DNA of 64,000 bases from contig CM059432.1 in the NCBI GenBank assembly GCA_030390025.1, positions 63,056,001 to 63,120,000 on the forward strand, given 5' to 3'. Origin of the DNA: Squalus acanthias (Eukaryota). Below the pieces are notes generated by a model, which saw only the letters and a list, made by a program, of their open reading frames with translations, made no database searches and was not told where the DNA came from. Below are positions 13,001 to 26,100 of the stretch, in pieces. The stretch's first letter is position 1. Each line of letters starts with the position of its first letter. A program made the position numbers and the translations under genes.

Positions 13001-14708
13001 GGGGATCCTTTACTAGGACATTTGTAATTAAGCCTGTCTCATTACACAGGACCAGATCTAAGGTTGCTTGCCCCCTGGTCGGTTCAGTTACATACTGCTC
13101 AAGAAACCCATCCCTAATACACTCAGTGAACTCATCCTCAAGGCAGCCCTGCCCAATTTAATTTGTCCAATTAATATGATAGTTAAAATCCCCCATAATT
13201 ATAGATGTTCCCTTATTACAAGCCTCAACTATTTCCTGATTGATACTCCGTTCAACAGAGTTGCAACTGTTCGGAGGCCTATAGACTACGCCCACTAGTG
13301 TTTTTTTTCCCCTTATTATTCCTTATCTCCACCCAAACTGTTTCATTATCCTGATCTTTTGACCCAATATCATTTCTCTGTATTACAGTGATTCCTTCCT
13401 TTATTAACATAGCCACCCCACCTCCCCTTCCTTCCTGCCTGTCCTTCCTGATCGTTAAATAACCTGGTATGTTTAATTCCCAGGCATTGTCACCCTGCAG
13501 CCATGTTTCTGTAATGGCCACAAGATCATACCCATATGTAGTTATTTGTGCCATTAACTCGTCTATTTTGTTACGAATGCTACGTGCATTCAGATAGAGA
13601 ACTTTCATCCTTGTCCAATCATTCAAACTAGCAACACACAAGGGTAGGCACTTTTGTGCTTTAGCCAATGTTCATGTAAACGTTCTGTTAATGTGTTGTC
13701 AAGCATTGAAATCCATATTTTCACCACTTTGCCTTCTTGGACAGATTTGTGTGCACCTTTGAAAGTGTCTTCGTGAGTTGCAGGGAATGGTGAGGCATAA
13801 CTCCACCCCACCCCCAATGATGATGAGTGTGAAAGGAATGGCTTGGACATTGTAGGGATGCTTTATGGTGTTGGTGTGGGGTAGTGCCAACCAGGTGCAT
13901 CATGTGGCAGCCAGAGTGTACAGCGTTAAGTGAAGCAAATCTGGACATGGTGAGGCTATTGCTGGCGTCCCGGGCAGCAATGTGGCCGGGTGCTGATGTC
14001 CTGTGTCCTGTGCAGCATCAGTTGATTGCGGAGAAGGTTGGTGTTGTTGTTGGTGCTGCTGGTGTGCCTGGTGCTGCTGGTGTGCCCGGTGATGCTGGTT
14101 TTGGGGCTGATCGTGGTGGGATTCTGATGACCAAGGTGAGATTTTTCAAGGGCACCGATGCTGATGGAATAGATGGCAGGTGAGGATGAGATAACAGAAG
14201 CAATCTATCAATGGTGAGAGAGGTTGTTCCAATGAGGTGACACTGGATAGAGAGTTTGCTACAAACACTTGCTAGCTTCATAAAGCTCAATCTATCTTCC
14301 AAATGCAGTAAGCAACAGCTTCTAACCTTGGAAAGTGAAGACCTATGAAATGGGAGCTTTTATAGAACATTTGCAGCTGTCAGGTTAGTAAATCATCCCA
14401 TGCTGACACAACACCCGACCTCCTTACCTGACGTGATCCCTGCGCACCGGGAAATCCATGGAAAAGCTGGTAAAATGGTAAGTACATGGGAAAATGGTGC
14501 TTAACTATCTTTTAACAAGCTTTTAAGTATCTAAATTGGCTGACCCGCCGCTTGGTGTCGGGTCTGTTCAGGGATGACAGACCCGACACTTGGGAAACTG
14601 ACACGGAGGCGGGTTTACAGCGGGATACCGACCCGCTGTCAATCTTTTTGATTTTGACAGCGGACCCACCTCCAAACCCGCACTCTGAGCGCCAGCAAAA
14701 TTCAGGCC
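10080..14708. mobile_element. Non-autonomous Harbinger element (relative of 4498-6263, opposite orientation) interrupted by a CR1 LINE
   Basis: Ends GGCTGCGATTT and AAAATTCAGGCC with TSD TCT/TCT. Myb/SANT remnant on + at ~10356-10590. Sequence on either side of the CR1 is collinear with the reverse complement of 4498-6263. Confidence 0.85.
10776..13604 (-). mobile_element. CR1-clade LINE, 5'-truncated at the start of ORF2 (APE endonuclease + RT), decayed
   Basis: KVLYLNARSIRNK...AITETW (endonuclease); [33 protein letters not shown] (RT, 11535-12470); CR1 C-terminus (11011-11514). (TTCTTATG)n tail at 10776-10799. Frameshifts and a ~0.2-kb deletion near 11555. Confidence 0.95.
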
Positions 14709-14959
14709 TCTGTGCCTGCTATGTAATTTATGTCTTTGATTTCTTTCATTACGCCTCCTATTGTCTCATGCTAATATTGATTCTGCCATTTAACCATCTC
14801 CTGTTCTCCACTTAAGCACTTAACAGGGCATTATAGTCCTTTTCCTGTGTTTGTGTGTGTGTGCCTATGTGGGTGTGCATGTGTGCGTGCGTGCGTGTGT
14901 GTTTCCCCCCCTTCTCTTTTTTCTGCTCCTTTTCAAATGCTGTTCAGCTGTAATATCTT

Positions 14960-15285
14960 CCAGTTCTGATATAGAGTCGAGATCTGAAACGTTAACTCAT
15001 CTGTTCTCGCCACAGATGTTAGAGGTAAAATTCAACTTTGGTGAGGGTGCAAAACGGTCGATAGCAGATCGGCCGCCTGTTATACAATATGCCCGATTAT
15101 CCTTCCTATTGACTTCACTGAAAAACAATTCAGGCGGGCGTATAACGGGCGTCCGAACCGTAATCGGCCAAGTTTTCACCCCCACCGAAGGTGAAACTTC
15201 TGCCTGCAGACTGACCTGGTGAATGTATCCAGCATTTCTGTTGTTGCTGTTTCAGATTTCCAGCACCTACAGTATTTTGCCTTTT
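14960..15285 (+). mobile_element. Decayed Penelope-like terminal fragment interrupted by a small palindromic MITE (~15022-15204)
   Basis: CAGTTCTGA...CTGAAACGTTAACT...TTTCAGATTTCCAGCA motif, split by an element with a CTATTGACTTCACTG core like the MITE at 3149. Confidence 0.6.
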
Positions 15286-17396
15286 TGAAATCACCAATAA
15301 TATTTGGCTCCTCTCTTACTTCAAGTTAAAACAAACCGAAGTTCAAGTTACGACAGCTTGAGCTCAAACAAACTCATCGGCCAATATGAAGGAATTTGAA
15401 CTAAGGTTTTGGAGTAGACTTTTGCTCGCTGTTCCACAACTAATCTGTTGATGATGCTAATGCAGAGAACAAAACCCTTTACTTTCCACCCCCTAACAAG
15501 GGGAGGGATGGAAGAAAAGAGTTTTGTCCTTTTAGATACACGTCCTCACCTGTTCTTGGCGTGTAACCGTGTAGCAATTCCAAAAGAATGAAATATTGGT
15601 TGAAGCATCATGTGCTGACTCACCCACTCTGACTTTTGTGTAAAAATTATTTCTACTGGTGCTGTACTTTCCGAATATTCTGTGCAGAATACAATTTGTA
15701 TTAGAACAAAACAAAACTAGGCTTAAGTTTTGCAGCAATTCAGCACAGACAAAAAGGGCTGACTGGCTTCCTCTTGTGTTAAAAAATATCTATGTGGTGA
15801 AATTGGTCTTGGGCGGTCGCGGAAAACGGGCAATAATGAATCGGCAGCCCGTTTTACGTCCCGCCTGATTTTCTTTTCTATTAACGTCAATGAAAATTGG
15901 GCAGGGAGTTAAAGGGACTGCCAATTTGCTACCACCCATTTGCGCTGCCACCATAAGAATATATTCACTCCTTATGTTTCTATGTACAACCCAATGCAGC
16001 ATGGCGCTATACAGACATTTCCAAGTTGAATTCCTGGGTGATGCTGGGATAGCTGAGATCAGGTGTCGGAGGAAGGAACTACCTCCTGACCACTATCTCC
16101 CTGGTGAGAATGTATGTGTATGAGAGTAGGGTGAGATTAGGATGGAGCTCAGCTGGGATACCCCCTGCTGGCACTGCGTGTGCAGGTTCACAGGCGGAGG
16201 ATGCCCAGGTGGGAAAGATTACGGAGATCTGCCAATGTAACAATGTCCTCGTACAATTCACTGCCTTCAGGAGGAAAGAAGGAAAAACGTTAAGTTAAAA
16301 GAAATCTGCAATATATACGTTTTGAAGCCGCATCCTTATGAATTAATGAACATTTTGGACAAATAAAAACAATTCCCAAAATGTGGGCTCCAGCTGATTA
16401 TATTTAGGCATAGAAATGTAGTCCACAAAGGGTGAAAGTAGAAAATAATTTGATACACGACGCTAACAAATATCTCCTTTAAATCACATACCAACCAAAC
16501 ACAAATTGCAGGCAGGCATGTGAAAGGGGACCTTTTTGGTGCAGCAAGGAATTTTGTGAAGAATCTATGGCAGCTAATTGCAAACAGGTGCATGTTTTTC
16601 TGCCAGACGCCAACCTGCCAAAACACGTCATGGCTCCATGCTTCGGGTGGGCCTGACCTACACATAGGTGTGATATGTGTCTGGCAATCAAAAGCCTCCA
16701 GCAGACGCTAAGCTCCACGATATTGCGTCTTCAGATCACTCACAGAGTTACAAAAACACAAATTGCTCTACATGATGTGCCTCGACATGCTGTAAGAATT
16801 ACAAGAACTGATTTATGTCTTTAGTAAAGGTACTTAATCCCTGACTTATTTTCCACCTGAAAGTGCAGCAGCATGCTTTCTGTCACAAAAAATGTCTTGG
16901 CATATTCACCATCATTAATTTTAAAACTGAAAGCTGAATTTAGAAGTGTGGTACAAATCGCTCTGAATAAATAAGAAATTGTTAACTTTTGCAAAGCCAT
17001 ATAAAAAATATGGAGAAATAAGAGTCGGCAGCAACTATTTAATTAACACGGCTACATAAAAATAATGGGCATTTCTGGAATATGCCTTCTTTTCTGAAAC
17101 TCAGAAAGTAGATGATGAAGTTGAGTTATTTTTGAGTTGAATAAAACCTCCAATCTGCATTGCTCCATTAACTGTTCCGTTTCTGGCCTGTGCTGAGAAA
17201 CAGTAAGGTAGGAGAAAAAAAAAAATCTTCAAATCAACTTTTATAATGTGAAGGGACCTGGTGGGTTAGTATATTGGTGGATTTAAATGCTGAACTGTGA
17301 ATAGTGAGGGTCATGTCAAATGGAAGTGGTTGCTTTCCCACCAAGAAGAAAGAAAAATCAGGGAGCACGCCACCTTGCAGTGCTGTTGTACTCTCA

Positions 17397-18075
17397 GGGC
17401 TGGATTTTGTCAATGGGGGCGCGTTGGGGGCGGGACTGCTGGTTGTCGGGATTCAGTCCTGCCCCCAATGAGAAGCTGTCAAACACTGACAATCTCTGTT
17501 CTAAGGTGAGCCCTTGCACAAAGACTCACCAAAACCTCTTTCCTCAGCAGAAATCAGATGGCTGCTGCATCTGAGAATGCAGCAGCCATACTGTCATCTC
17601 TGCTGTTGAGATGAGGCACCTCCGGATCCCCAAGGGTTGAAGCCTGCAGGAAGAAACAAAGGTAAGGAAACTTTTTCTAACACTTTACACTCACCTCTCA
17701 TACTTACCTCTCCATACTTGCACCCATTACTCACCTCCACAGCGGACTTTTCGATCCCTCTCACCCTCGCAGACCCATTGCTCGCCTCGCTGACCCTGGC
17801 GAGGTTCGCAGCCGTCGGGAAGCCCGCACTTGCAGGGGTAAAATGGGGATAAGCCTCAAAACTGCCTGTTAACTACCTGTTAACAGGCACTTAATTGGCT
17901 CTAATCCCCTTCCCGCCTCGAGGAGACGGGTCCTTGCGCGAGTCAGGGACCCCCCTCCCGGGAAGATGGCACGGAGGCGGGTTGGGAGTGGGTTCGGTAC
18001 CTGCTCCCAGTTTCTGCCATTTTCCCGGATGTTCCGCCTCCATACCCACCTCCCCAGGGCTGGCAAAATTCTCCC
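17397..18075. mobile_element. Harbinger-type MITE (679 bp)
   Basis: Ends GGGCTGGATTTT and AAAATTCTCCC, TSD TCA/TCA, subterminal GGCGGG motifs. Confidence 0.8.
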
Positions 18076-18591
18076 TCAGAGTGACTGTTTAAGAAAACCA
18101 TTAGCAGAGGCCTGGGAACAGGCTGCCAGTTTACTTTCTGAGTCAGAGAATGTATGTGCAATATTGTAGGGACAGGGCCTAAAGAAATGGGGGAATAAAT
18201 ATAATTCATAAAGTGATTCGGCAAAAAGAAACTTGAACGTGAGGAAGATATTAATGAAATTAAGAGTAGGAGCTGTGAAGTGGAAGTGTCTTTTCAATAT
18301 CAATAAAATAAATGTCTCAAAATGCTTCACTTAAAATGAATTACTTTAAAATGGCAGCGTCTATTGGCAAACCTCACAGTAATATTCCACAAACATAATT
18401 TTATTGAGTAAGTGAGTACATGTGGTATTTCAGTGCCTGGTATGTGTCTTTGTGTGTTTTTCTAAGGTGTTTACCCCTTGTGGATTATCTACGTATGACT
18501 TGTTCAAGTGCCCTATTCCAAATGCTCCCCTAGCCAAGAAGATTTCTGTGTTTATATACTGTGTAATATTGTAGATTCCTTCATTGCACCT

Positions 18592-18629
18592 TTACCTGAC
18601 GAAGGGGCGACAGCTCCGAAAGCTTGTAA
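18592..18629 (+). ncRNA. Minimal type I hammerhead ribozyme motif, family B (stem III palindrome AGCU)
   Basis: TTAC-CTGACGA-A-GGGGC-GACA-GCTCC-GAA-AGCT-T-GTAA: complete catalytic core, stem I TTAC/GTAA, 5-bp stem II. AATAAA follows ~6 nt downstream. Probably a solitary Penelope-like terminus (inference). Confidence 0.7.
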
Positions 18630-19107
18630 TTTTAAATAAATCTGTTGGACTATAACCTGGTGTTGTGCGACTTCTCATTTTTAGCCAAGAAGATAACAGT
18701 GGTGGTTGACTTCTGAGCCAAATGGCCAGCTGCTTTTTGTTCTGCAGGCCTGTGTGACTGACACTGATGTATCTGCAATGGTGCATGTAATGCTGTGCTC
18801 AGGGGGATTAATGTTTTCTGAGGTGATGCCTGTAGCCACTTGTGCAAAATAATGTAGTGGCCAAAACTGCTGCTGATATTATTGTCAATTGACTGCTCCT
18901 GTGCTTCTCATTCATACAATTGGTGGAGGTCATTTCCTCAGGAACTGTAATGATCTGGCTGAACGTAGAACAGTGGGTGTCAATAAGGTATTTGAATCCT
19001 TTCTAGATGGTTGTCTGTAAGACTGTGCTAATGACATCATAGGATCCCGATTTGCATGTATTAATGATGCTTCCCTCTAAGTCAGGCGGGTGCCTCAGCC
19101 GCCTAAC

Positions 19108-20394
19108 AAACAACAACTTGTATTTATATAGTGCCTTTAACGTAGCAAAATGTCCCAAAGCGCTTCATAGGTGCGTTATCGAACAAAATTTGACACCGAG
19201 ACACATAAGAAGATATTGGGACAGGTGACCAAAAGCTTGGTCAAAGAGGTAGGTTTTATGGAGCTTCTTAAAGGGGGAAAGAGAGGTAGAGAGGCGGAGA
19301 GGTTATGGGAGGGAATTCCAGAGCTTAGGGCCATGGCAGCTGAAGGCATGGCCGCCAATGGTGGAGCGATTAAAATCGGGGGGTGGTGGGGGGGGGGGGG
19401 GGGTGGTGCAGATATCTCGGATAGGTTGTAGGGCTGGAGGAGGTTATAAAGATAGGGAGGGGCGAGGCCATGGAGGGATTTGCAAACAAGGATGAGAATT
19501 TTAAAATCGAGGCGTGCTGGACCGGGTGCCAATGTAGGTCAGCGAGCACAGGGGTGATGGGTGAATGGGACTTGATGTGAGTTAGGACACAGGCAACAGA
19601 GTTTTGGATGACCTTAAATTTATGGAGGTTGGAAGATGGGAGGCTAGCCAGGAGTGCATTGGAATAGTCAAGTCTAAAGGTAACAAAGGCATGGATGAAG
19701 GTTTCAGCAGCAGATGAGCTGAGGCAGGGGCGGAGACGGGCGATGTTATGGAGGTGGAAGTAGGCAGTCTTAGTGATGACGCGGATATGTGGTCAGATAC
19801 TCATCTCGGGGTCAAATACAACATCAAGGTTGCGAACAGTTTGGTTCAGCCTCAGACAGTTGCCAGGGAGAGGGATGGAGATGGTGGCCAAGGAATGGAG
19901 TTTGTGGTGGGGACCAAAGACAATGGCTTCAGTCTTCCCAATATTTAGTTGAAGGAAATTTCTGCTCATCCAGTACTGGATGTCAGACAAGCAGTCTGAC
20001 AATTTAGAGACAGTGGAGGGGTCGCGAGAGGTGGTAGAGCTGGGTGTCGTCAGCGTACATGTGGAAACTGATGCTGTGTTTTTGAACGATGTCGCTGAGG
20101 GGCAGCACATAGATGAGAAATAGGAGGGGGCCAAGAATAGATCCTTGGGGGCACCAGAGGTAATAGTGTGGGAGCGGGAAGAAAAGCCATTGCAGGTGAT
20201 GCTCTGGCTACGATTAGATAGATAAGAATAGAAACAGGTGAGTGTAGTCCCACCCAGCTGGACGACGGTGGAGAGGTGTTGGAGGAGAATGGTCTGGTCA
20301 ACCGTGTCAAAGGCTGCAGACAGGTTGGGAAGGACAAGGAGGGATAGTTTACCTTTGTCACAGTCATATAGAATGTCATTTGTGACTTTGATAA
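19108..20394 (-). mobile_element. L2-clade LINE 3' fragment
   Basis: Peptides IQYWMSRNFLQLNIGKTE and DFKILILVCKSLHGLAPPYL on -. L2 tail CTATATAAATACAAGTTGTTGTT on -. Frameshifted. Confidence 0.9.
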
Positions 20395-21234
20395 GAGGGT
20401 CAAATTAAGCTGGTGGTGGGCGGGCATGGAGTGGTAAGTTTGTGGAGGCGGTTTTAACTGCGTAGCCGCCCTATACAGGCTGGGTGGGTTAATAATGTCC
20501 CCTAAATCACGGAGCCTTCCCGATCCTGTACTGGCCTCCCTGACACACAACCAGGAAAAACGACAGGTTTCATGCTCCCCATTATCATTAAAAGACTGAA
20601 CAACACATAGAATATATATCATAGAAAATGAAACTTAGTCCAGTTAAAGGCAGTAACTTCAACTTGGAATTCAGATGGTGCTCATTAACAGATGAAACTG
20701 CGCCCTAACCTTTTAAGTTGCCATATTCACCTCAAGATGTAATTACTACCTTGCAACTCATTCCCAGGTGTCTTATTTTTCTGTGCAAAATGCATCGGAA
20801 CCACTGTTTTAAACACTATTTACATAATGAATTATTTATGTATAACTACGTTATACTATGTTTTACTACCTTAAAGGCACAATATAAATACAAGTTGTTG
20901 TTGCTGTTGTGCCATTAGAAATTATCAGTGGTAGGACAGCATAATATACAAGTACCACAAACATGTATCAGATTCAGAGTATGTGTGACACAGCTCTTTA
21001 ACCTTTACTCCACAAACTGAGGATATATGTTATACAGCAGTATTCTGTATACCAGATAGAATGAAATAATGAATATTAACAGTTGTTAAGAGCATTGTAC
21101 CTTGATAAATTCTAAATATTCTTGGTTCTGTACTTGAAAATACTGTAATCAGAGCAACCCTCTTCATGGGTTTTGGAATAGATTTGTAAGACATTAAATG
21201 ATTTATGATCCTAGACATAAATGATGTTTTTCAG

Positions 21235-21396
21235 GTGGCCCTGTGATTATTTTTGTCATCGGTTTTCCACAGTTGGCATACTTAACACCCACTTCGAGTG
21301 CAGAAGAAGTATAGTTCCAGTCGTAAACGTTCTGTTTATAGGAAGTGTGAATCAATGACTGATATCCATATGGAGTCAAAGATTCCATGCACGGAG
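21235..21396 (+). other. Possible host exon (5'UTR plus MTDIHMESKIPCTE), unverified
   Basis: Non-repeat sequence bounded by TTTTTCAG and GAG|GTAAAG. The ATG-initiated frame is open to the donor. Peptide not recognised. Confidence 0.25.
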
Positions 21397-21759
21397 GTAA
21401 AGAAATTTTACCACTGCATCCTGGCATTTATCATTTAAATTGACATAAAAATTACAAAATTGTTAAAAAAACAAGCAGGAAATAATGAATGCTAAAAAAG
21501 AGAAAACATAAAGCAAAGGAATGGAGATCCAAAATATTTCATGCTGATGTAAATAAGTATTAAATAGGGGCCATGATAATTTTATTGAATTTTTTTACGA
21601 CGTGTTATAGGATTTTATTGGATCCAGTGGGACAACTTCAACAACCTACAGAATTTTTAATAACAGTTGTTACCTCTAACAGGCAGCAGTACTGGCTGGA
21701 ATAAATACAATAATGATGATTTTTAAAAAACTTTATGTGCAACATTTCATTTTTTGTTG

Positions 21760-22065
21760 CAGGTGTAGAGAAGATGTTTCCACTTGTGGCCATAAATATA
21801 AGATAGTCACTATTAAATTCAATAAGGAATTCAGGAGAAACTTCTTTACCCAGAGAGTGGATAGAATGTGAAACTTGCTACCACATGAAGTGGTTGAGGC
21901 GAATAGCACAGATGCATTTAAGGAGAAGCTAGATAAGTACATGAGGGAGAAAGGAAAAGAAGGATATCTTGATAGGGTGAGATGAAGCAAAGTGGGAGGA
22001 GGCTCGTATGGAGCATAAACACCGGCTTAGACCTGTTGGGACGAATAGTCTGTTTCTGTACTGTA
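21760..22065 (+). mobile_element. Old CR1 3' fragment
   Basis: AGGAGAAACTTCTTTACCCAGAGAGTGG corresponds to the CR1 RRNFFTQRV motif; 3'UTR-like end. Confidence 0.7.
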
Positions 22066-22299
22066 ATTAGAGTGTCAAATATATTTGCAGAAGGAGTAGT
22101 GTGCTTTGATCATTTGACTAACAATGTTTTATGAGGGTTATTTTATAAAAGCTCTTCACAAGCCCTGTCACTGTTGAGGCCATGGCAGGCCCAAGCTCCC
22201 ACAGCCATCTTGGATTGTATGAATAACTTAGGCTTTTTATTTTATTTTTCCCCAGTTTTCTCCTTTCCTCTCCTGAAGATTTTCTTTCTTGCCAGGGCA

Positions 22300-22690
22300 C
22301 AGTTCCATGGGCACTGGGCAACCGCCAGTACCTCAGCCAAAGTTGTCATTTATCAGCATAGATGGCAAGTATCGGCAAGCTATTCAACCGAGATGGCATC
22401 ACTGCTCTGCGCAGCCCAATCCTGTCTTCATCTGATTTTCAGACAAGTGCAATTTTCAACAGAGTCACTGACTTTCAAACAAAAGTAGGAACTTTGGCTG
22501 ATTCCGCTCCCCCCTCCAACCCCCCCCACCCCCGAGCCCTGAGGTGCCGCAGCCAATTGTAGCACCTCAACTGCAGTCCTGGCTGAGATCAGCTAACTCA
22601 GTATAGACTGGGGATCAAAGCTGGACCATCTGCTTTATATGGTTTAGTGCCAAACTGCTCAATGTCTTAAATCACTGTGTTATTGAGGGG
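22300..22690 (-). mobile_element. Decayed tRNA-headed SINE (same family as 8090-8425)
   Basis: Shares CAGTACCTC...CCAA and GCTGAGATCAGCTAACTCAG-type segments; degenerate tRNA head at the right end. Confidence 0.5.
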
Positions 22691-23112
22691 GATTTCACGT
22701 CTGAATACTTAACACACTTGTGCCGTATTCTTGTAGCTCTGGGAGTTTACACATCAGACTCTGCTAAGTTGTTACCAAAACACATTCCCTGGGTAATCAA
22801 GCAAGACACCGTGCTATTATAATTATTTAAAAAAAATGTCTCTAACTTTTTCTCAAAGGAGGCAGCAATGTTAAATGTCTGAAGCAATGGAGGTCATAGA
22901 AAGATTGGGAATTCCTATCCTGAGCTTGTGAACAGCCAGATTTCCCTCCCTATAACTTAAAAGGGTTTAATACACAAGTGTAAAACTTCTGTTCATGTAT
23001 GGGTACTTAATTCAATTGTATTACATTCATGTATGCACTATTTCTATGCAGATATTAACCCATTTAAAATAAGCAGGATAATGCCTGTGTAAAAATAGAG
23101 CACAGGAATATT

Positions 23113-26100
23113 AAGAACACAATAAGAAATAGGAATAGGAGTAGGCCATTTGGCCCTTCGAGCCTGTTCCGTCATTCAATAAGATCATGGCTGATCTTCT
23201 ACCTCATCTCCACTTTCCTGCAGTATCCCCATAGCCCTTGATTCCCTTAATATCCAAAAATCTATTGATCTCTGTCTTGAATATACTCAACGACTGAGCC
23301 TCCACAGCCCTCTGGGGTAGAGAATTCCAAAGATTCACCACCCTCTGAGTGAAGAAATTTCTCCTCATCTCAGTCCTAAATGGCCTACCCCTTATTCTGA
23401 GACTGTGACCCCTGGTTCTAGACTCCCCAGCCAGGGGAAACATTCTCCCTGCGGCTACCCTATCAAGCCCTGTAAGAATTTTGTATGTTTCAATGAAATC
23501 ACCTCTCATTCTTCTAAACTCCAGTGAATATAGGCCCAGTCTACTCAATATCTTCTCATAGGACAATCCCCCCATCCCAGGAACCTGTCTGGTGAATCTT
23601 CATTGCGCTACCTCTATGGCAAGTATATCCTTCCTGAGGTAAGGAGACCAAAACTGTACACAATTTTCCAGGTGTGGTCTCACTAGGGCCCTATATAATT
23701 GCAGTAAGACATCTTTACTCTTATACTCAAATCCTCTTGTAATAAAGGCCAACATACCATTTGCTTTCTTAATTGCTTGCTGTACCTGCATGTTAACTTT
23801 CAGTGATTCGTGTACAAGGACACCCAGGTCCCTCTGAATGGCAACATTTCCCCAAAAATACTCTGCTTTTCTATTTTTCCGACCAAAGTGGATAACTTCA
23901 CATTTCTCCATATTATATTCCATTTGCCATGTTCTTGCCCACTCACTTAGTCTGTCTATATCCCCTTGAAGCCTCTTTGCATCCTCCTCACAACTTACAT
24001 TCCCACCTAGCTTTGTATCAGCAGCAAACTTAGATATATTACATTTGGCCCCCTCATCCAAATCATTGATATAGATTGTGAATAGCTGAGGCCCAAGCAC
24101 TGATTCTTGTGGTACCCCACTAATTACAACCTGCCAACCTGAAAATGACTTGTTTATTCCTACTCTCTGTTTTCTGTCCATTAACCAATCCTCAATCCAT
24201 GCTAGTATATTACTCCCAATCCCATGAGCCCTAATTTTGTTTAATAACCTCTTGTGTGGCACCTTATTGAATGCCTTCTGAAAATCCAAATACACTACAT
24301 CCACTGGTTCCCCCTTATGTATTCTGCTAGTTACAACCTCAAAAAACGTGAACAGATTTCTCAAACATGATTTCCCTTTCATAAATCCATGTTGACTGCT
24401 CAATCCTATTATTATTTTCTAAGTGCCCTGTTACCATGTCCTTAATAATAGATTCTAGCATTTTCCTTACTACTGATGTCAGGCTAGCTGGTCCGTAGTT
24501 CCCCATTTTCTCTCTCCCTCCTTTCTTAAATAGTGGGGTTACATTTTCTACCTTCCAATCTGCAGGAACTGTTCTAGAATCAATCAAATTTTGGAAGATG
24601 ACAACCAATGCATCCACTATTACTATAGCCACCTCTTTCAAAACCCTAGGATGTAGGCCATCAGGTCATGGGGATTTATTGGCTTTTAGTCCGATTAATT
24701 TCTCCAGTATTACTTTTTTACTAATACTAATTTCTTTCAGTTCCTCATTCTCGCTAGACGCTTGGTTCTCCATTATTTCCAGGAAGTTTTTTGTGTCTTC
24801 TTCCATGAAGACAGACAGAAAGGCCGGAATTTTGCCAGTGCTCAGGGGGCGAGTTTGGAGGCAGGACATCTGGCAAAATCGCAAAGATTGATAGCGGATC
24901 GGAAACCCGCTGTCAACCCGCCTCCAATCAATCTTCCCAAGTGTCGGATTCCCGATTTGCGCATAGACCCGACACATAGCGGCGGGAAGAGGATTATAGT
25001 CACTTAACTGCTTGTTAACAGGTTGTTAACAGGCAGTTAACAGGCTTTTTCCAATTTTGACACTTCTGCTGTGGGCTTCCCGATGTCCGGACACCACGCC
25101 AGGTAAGTGTGGCGTGTTGTGAGTCTGCTGTAATGTTTCTGCATTGATGACAGCTGCAGAAGTGTTGTGTTGGATCCAATGGTGCACTGGTGAGTTTCAG
25201 AGGTAAGTAAATGTTGGGAAATTCATTTGTACTGCATTTAGACTTTTCTGTAGGTAACAAGTTTTGAATTGTATGTGTAGTCCCACCTCATTGGGAGAAC
25301 TTCCCTCACCAGTGACAGATCGCTTCTGTAACCTCACCTGCAGCTGCCATTTGTTCTAGCCTAAGGAGGGAGTCACTGGAGAGCCTGGGTGCAAGAGCTC
25401 ACCTGTGAACAGTGATTGTCAGTGTTTGCAGCACCTCAATGCTGTCAAACACTGAAAAATCAACTGTCAAAAAAAATTGTGTGTGGTCCCTTTAAGAAAA
25501 CCGGCAGTTGGCGCGTCATCAAATGATGTCATCTGACAACGGCTTCCTCTTAATTGGCCGGCAAGCCCGCACAGCGGGCTTAACAAGGCCAATTGATGAA
25601 AAATTACGTCTGTGGGCCGGATGTAGTTGGGGGCGGGACTGGAACCCGGAAGCCAGCTGACCCGCTCCCAAGCTGCCTCGAAGCAGAAAATCGCGGCCAA
25701 AGTATTTGTTTAATTTCTCTGCCATTTCCTTATTCCCCATTATAATTTCTCCTGTCTCAGCCTATAAGGGATCCATATTTACTTTCGCTAATCTTTTCCT
25801 TTTTACATACATAAAGAAGCTTTTACAGTCTGTTTTTATGACTCTCGCTAGTTTACTTTCATTCTATTTTCCCTTTCTTTATCAATTTCTTGGTCCTCCT
25901 TTGCTCAATTCTAAAAATCCTTCCAATCCTCAGGCTTACTGCTCTTTTTGACAACATTATAAGCCTCTTCCTTTGATCTAATACTATCTTTAACTTCTCT
26001 TGTTAGCCATGGTTGGACCACTTTTCCTGTGGGGTTTTTGTGCCTTAAAGGAATGTATATTTGTTGTAAATTATGTATTAATTCTTTAAATGCTAGCCAT

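Noticed and set aside
14846..14902. (GT/GC)n tract as a functional Z-DNA element
   Set aside because: An ordinary degenerate microsatellite with no supporting context.
20050..20622. 190-aa ORF
   Set aside because: Out-of-frame reading of L2 fused to an adjacent MITE-like segment.
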